A DNA stretch of 64,000 nt from Azolla caroliniana. Taxonomy: Eukaryota > Plantae > Polypodiophyta. The DNA is taken from the NCBI GenBank assembly GCA_043228905.1, contig JBHGNT010000016.1, positions 4,402,001-4,466,000 on the forward strand. The letters run 5' to 3'. The position numbers and the translations under genes are program-made. The notes below the pieces were generated by a model that worked only from the letters and a program-made list of their open reading frames with translations, did not search any database and had not been told where the DNA came from. Shown in pieces: positions 59,980-64,000 of the stretch (position 1 is its first letter; every line of letters begins with the position of its first letter).

Positions 59980-60455
59980 GCCGGGTGAGCTAATTTCTAA
60001 TAAGAAAACATGGCATAGGCAACAATAGCATAACAACTTATCACTGGGGTGAGCTAATTTCTAATAAGAAAGAAAGAAAGAAAAAGAAGAGAAAAAAGAA
60101 ACGATAAAAAACTCATAAAACATATATTCGAGAATATGAAGAAAACATGACATGGGCAATAGTAGAATAACAATTTACCATTAGGGTGAGCTAATTTCTA
60201 ATAACAAACAAAGAAAAAAAATGTAACATGACACTAACAAGAGGATATGAGAAAGTTAGGAATTTAACTCAAGACACAAGCAATAGTAACATTGCAACTT
60301 ACCACTAGGTTAAGCTTATTTCTAATAACAAAAAATGAAAAAACTAATTTAAAATTTTGCTATGTTACTAACAAGAGAGAGATGATAAAATTGGGATTTG
60401 AACCCAAGACATAAGCAACAATAGCCCATCTCGGTAGCACTAGAATGACCTGAAT
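59980..60455 (-). repeat. Degenerate tandem array of tRNA/SINE-head-like units
   Basis: GGTGAGCTAATTTCTAATAA recurs at about 59984, 60048, 60185 and 60308. Minus-strand A box TAACCTAGTGG (60312-60302) with B-box-like GAGTTAAATTCC (60270-60259), and GGTTCAAATCCC (60404-60393). Confidence 0.6.
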
Positions 60456-60855
60456 TTGTGATAGAAAACATGAAAAAAAGGAAAAAAAAGGAGCACATAT
60501 TTTTCCCTTTTCAAACGTGTTCGTTTTCAAACGTTTTCAATCGTTTGAATGCGTGCGCGAACACGAATATTACATTCTATGAATATACGTATACACTATG
60601 TATGTACTATGAAGTATGTAATAAAAATATTTATATTATATGTTTTTTTATAACACGCTTAAAATAATATCATCATCATGTAATAATGATATATATTTTC
60701 AAATCTTTATTCTTTACTTATAATATTATAGTTTCAAGCAATAACCTTTATTAAATACTCTAGAAAGTATAAACGCGAGGTCTCTAGATTCGATTTTAAA
60801 GTTTAAAGTTTAAAACTTAATTTTTTATTAGCCTTTTTTTAATATCGTTTTTCTA

Positions 60856-62328
60856 GGGAAAAGTACCAGGATACCCTTGGAAGTTCGTCTATTTACCAGA
60901 ATGCCCCTGGAAGTTCTAAATTTACCAAACTACCCCTATGTCTAAAAAAATACACTTTATAAAGCAATTATACACTCAAATCTACAAGCCCTATTTACCA
61001 GAATACCCTTCAAACACAAATTTCTTTACTTAAGCGAATCTTTGGGTCCTTTGTACTTGTTAAGTAATTAGGTAATTAACTAGGGTTAATTAGAGACTAA
61101 TTGTATGGTTACGTTAAGCAGCGAAAGATTAGTATGATATGCGCGTGAGAGTGTGTGAGAGGAAGAGAGAGAGAGAGAGAGAGAGGAAGTTACACTTGAA
61201 CACAAAGATAAATGGGGGATGATTGACTATATTGAAAAGTGTCATCACATACAAAAATACCCACAATGAGGTATATATACAACCCATGTGCAAAGGTGCA
61301 CATGTGTGGGTAGAACATAGGTACTTATGTGTAAGTCCTACATTAAATGTACTAAGGAGTAGAGGATCTAGAATATCCCACTTAAGTACAAGGTCCTATT
61401 TAAAGGCTTAAGGTCAACACATTAACTAAATTCGATCTAGGTAACTACTAAGTTACATGTGTTGACTAACTAAATTAAACTAGTTGAGCTTGATATCTCA
61501 ACAATACCTAACAGTCTTTTCTTTCTTGTTCATTGGGTTGATCAATCGTCTTCATCATCAGGATATAGGTTTACCTTGTGCATTATTAGATATTTTGGTT
61601 GAGTTGATAGATATATTTGATTTTGTAGATATTTTTGGAATTACACTTTTTGTAGACGGATCAAAATTAACATGTAATTATTACATTTCGATAATTAATT
61701 TTGGTTTGCAAGTATTTTTGAAATTGAGGAGATTTAGTTGTGATTGCATTTTGCTAACAAAATTTAGTGTAAAATCATGAAATTTGGTTTAAGATAGCAT
61801 TTTAATAGCAAAGTGTTATGTGAGATTTCGTTTAAAATGACATTTTGGTAGCAAAGTTTTTCGTGAGATTTGGTTTGACATTTTGGCTGCAAATTGTTTG
61901 TGAATCCACAAATTCATGGATTTTGGCTTCAAAATGGCATCCCAATTGTAAAATTTGGTGTGTGATAAAATGTTTTGGTTTTAAGATTAAGTTTTGGTCA
62001 CTTCAATCACAAATTTTGGTTTTATGGGATTAAGCCAGTATAAGTCGGTGTAAATTCATAGAATTGGATTTTAAGGTGACCTTTCAATTGAAATTTTTGA
62101 TATATAATATAATTTTGATTTATGATGTATTTTGAAAAATAAAAGTGGTATAAATTGGTCAAAATAGGTATATAGTGGCATTATGGTAAATAAGTTTAGG
62201 TTTAAGGGTACTCTGATAAATAAGGCTTGTAGATTTGAGTATATAATTACTTTATAAAGTGTATTTTTTTGGACATAGGGATAGTTTGGTAAATAGACGA
62301 ACTTCCAGGGTATCCTAGTACTTTTCCC
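60856..62328. mobile_element. Non-autonomous Mutator-like element (MULE)
   Basis: Long (~140-165 bp) TIRs GGGAAAAGTACCAGGATACCCT... / ...AGGGTATCCTAGTACTTTTCCC. 9-bp TSD GTTTTTCTA/TTTTTTCTA. No transposase. Confidence 0.88.
61058..61503 (-). mobile_element. Probable Copia solo LTR inside the MULE
   Basis: Ends TTGAGCTTGATATCTCAACA, like the Copia-1 LTR (TTGAGCTTGATTCTCAACA). TGTT...AACA ends. The TSD GTACT/ATACC is imperfect. Confidence 0.55.
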
Positions 62329-62939
62329 TTTTTTCTAATAGAATAACTTCTTTTTTTTCCGAAAAAAGCCTTAGCTTTTTTCAAAAAAATAGTCTTTTTT
62401 TTTCTAAAACAATAGCCTTTTCTTCACACTTAATACTAAATAGTAAAAATATTAACACGATATTTATTTTATGTATTTCATTATCTTTGTGAAGTACTTA
62501 TGGAATTTTGTGTATCTTTGTTCTTATAGTAATGACATTTTAAATTTTTTTATGTTAAATGACATGTTAGTTTTTGCAATTTTTTTTATTTTTTTCCAAA
62601 AAAACTTTTTGCAATCTTAAGTCATGTGGCATATACCTTTAAAAAATGCCCTTCAAAAAACTTTGATTCTAATTTGTCAAATGTAGGCCTTGGACTAGTT
62701 GTGGACAATGAAATGTTTGCGGCCAAGTTTTGTATGCTATCATCAATGATGTCTTCTAAGTGGCATCACATACTTTAAAGGATAGCAAAATAGAAATCGT
62801 AGATTGGAAACTTGGCCCATAAACTTGAGTAAATGTTTTTCGGCTCGCCATTGCCACGTAAACGATTGCGCGTGTGATACTTGTGTGGATTCCGAGTACG
62901 TGCATGACACAGAGAAGACTCTATGAATCAATAGAGTTC

Positions 62940-63780
62940 AAATCATTGTGGTTGCTTAGCATCAATTAGTCAAGGATATTCTGGGAATTGTGATAGGCTA
63001 ACGCTAGCATGGGGCTTTGAGTGTAAAATTGGTATTACATTTTTATCAATATTTAGGCGTGATGTGGAAAATTGTTAAGAGTTTGGTGGAGTAATGAAGA
63101 ATGATGTGATTTAACGGTCCCAAATGATGTAAATGAAAAATGATGAATGATGGAACCCTTAACAGCCCCAAATATTTTTTCAACATGTGTAATTGTCAGG
63201 AGGGAGACGGTGCAAACTCCAATCTGGTCTGGTCTGGTCTGGTCAAGTGGACGGAAACGTAATCCATTTGTCTGCCTCCTTTATATGTAGACCACTCAAT
63301 TTGAGTGAATCATTGTGATTGCTATGCACCTATTATTAGTCAAGGAAGGACCTTCTAGGAATTGTGATAGGCTACGCTAGGGCAAGACTTTAGAATATAA
63401 AATTCATTTTACATTTTTCTCAACATTCGTCGTGTCCTGTCGTGGAAAAGACTTACAAGTTTGGTGGAGATGTCGATATTAAATGAAGAATGGTGGGTGA
63501 ATTTGTGAAGATGCTGAGAAGGATCCCTAATCTTTTTATTTGGACGTCATCAAACTGTACGTAAATATATAAATAATTGTCATGTGGATGAGGGTCCTAA
63601 TGCAAATGTGTTGTTGGATGAGAGGAAGAAGCTGTAACCTCCAATCCAATCTGTCTCCTGTATATATATATATATATACTATATGTATACAACTCAATTT
63701 GTGTGCATCATTGTTGTGATCGTAATACACTGATTAGTCATGGATAATCTAGGAAATGTGATACGCAATGCTAGCGCTGG
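62940..63780. repeat. Degenerate ~370-400-bp-period repeats x~2.5
   Basis: ATCATTGTG...ATTAGTCA.GGA...CT.GGAA.TGTGATA.GC.A.GCTAG at about 62941, 63309 and 63706. Confidence 0.7.
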
Positions 63781-63802
63781 GCGGGCATTGAGAGGCTTGA
63801 GA

Positions 63803-64000
63803 ATGACTGCTATGGATAGTCAAGAGATGGGCACGAAGCTGGCTGGAAACAATGTTAATAATCAGGTGCTCACACCTTTTGTAAGCAACCATATCCTATT
63901 GGAGCTGCCCAAGCCCGAAGAAGAGCAGCCAATTATAATGGCCCCGGTGCAGGCCAACAACTCCTTCATGGCCTATTTCTGTAGCTCGGAGGAATCGCTC
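63803..64000 (+). CDS. Possible 5' end of an unidentified gene running off the window
   Basis: Open frame MTAMDSQEMGTKLAGNNVNNQVLTPFVSNHILLELPKPEEEQPIIMAPVQANNSFMAYFCSSEESL with raised GC. No family recognised. Confidence 0.35.
   Translation, partial: MTAMDSQEMGTKLAGNNVNNQVLTPFVSNHILLELPKPEEEQPIIMAPVQANNSFMAYFCSSEESL

Overview
Eukaryotic nuclear DNA from a land plant, probably a fern or other seed-free plant. That assignment is inferred from the Tcn1-type chromovirus, the divergent ycf1 plastid insert and the style of the PLS-PPR gene. There are four host genes: a 9-exon PI-phospholipase C (+, 6880-9995), a PLS-class PPR gene (+, 35037-36614) followed by a decayed E/E+-like tail, a 4-exon TFIIH p44/GTF2H2 gene (-, 39233-45506) and a 19-exon NADP-malic enzyme (+, 47568-57234). 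A fifth ORF may start at the right edge. The window opens with the 3' half of an unusual, fungal-like non-chromovirus Ty3/Gypsy element (1-4236). The region 15.8-34.3 kb is a five-level nest: LINE > hAT-type MITE > Copia-1 > Copia-2 > Tcn1-like chromovirus, plus a solo LTR. Most junctions are confirmed by target-site duplications. The innermost chromovirus is the most striking object. It has a predicted tRNA-independent self-priming PBS, a G-UUA-AAC -1 frameshift site with a stem/pseudoknot, and a tRNA-like Pol III A/B-box cassette built antisense into the U3 end of both LTRs. The right part of the window holds intronic tandem arrays (including 7 identical 163-bp units), a ycf1-derived NUPT, an array of tRNA/SINE-like heads and a Mutator-like element. 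All coordinates and alignments were read by eye; no database searches were run.
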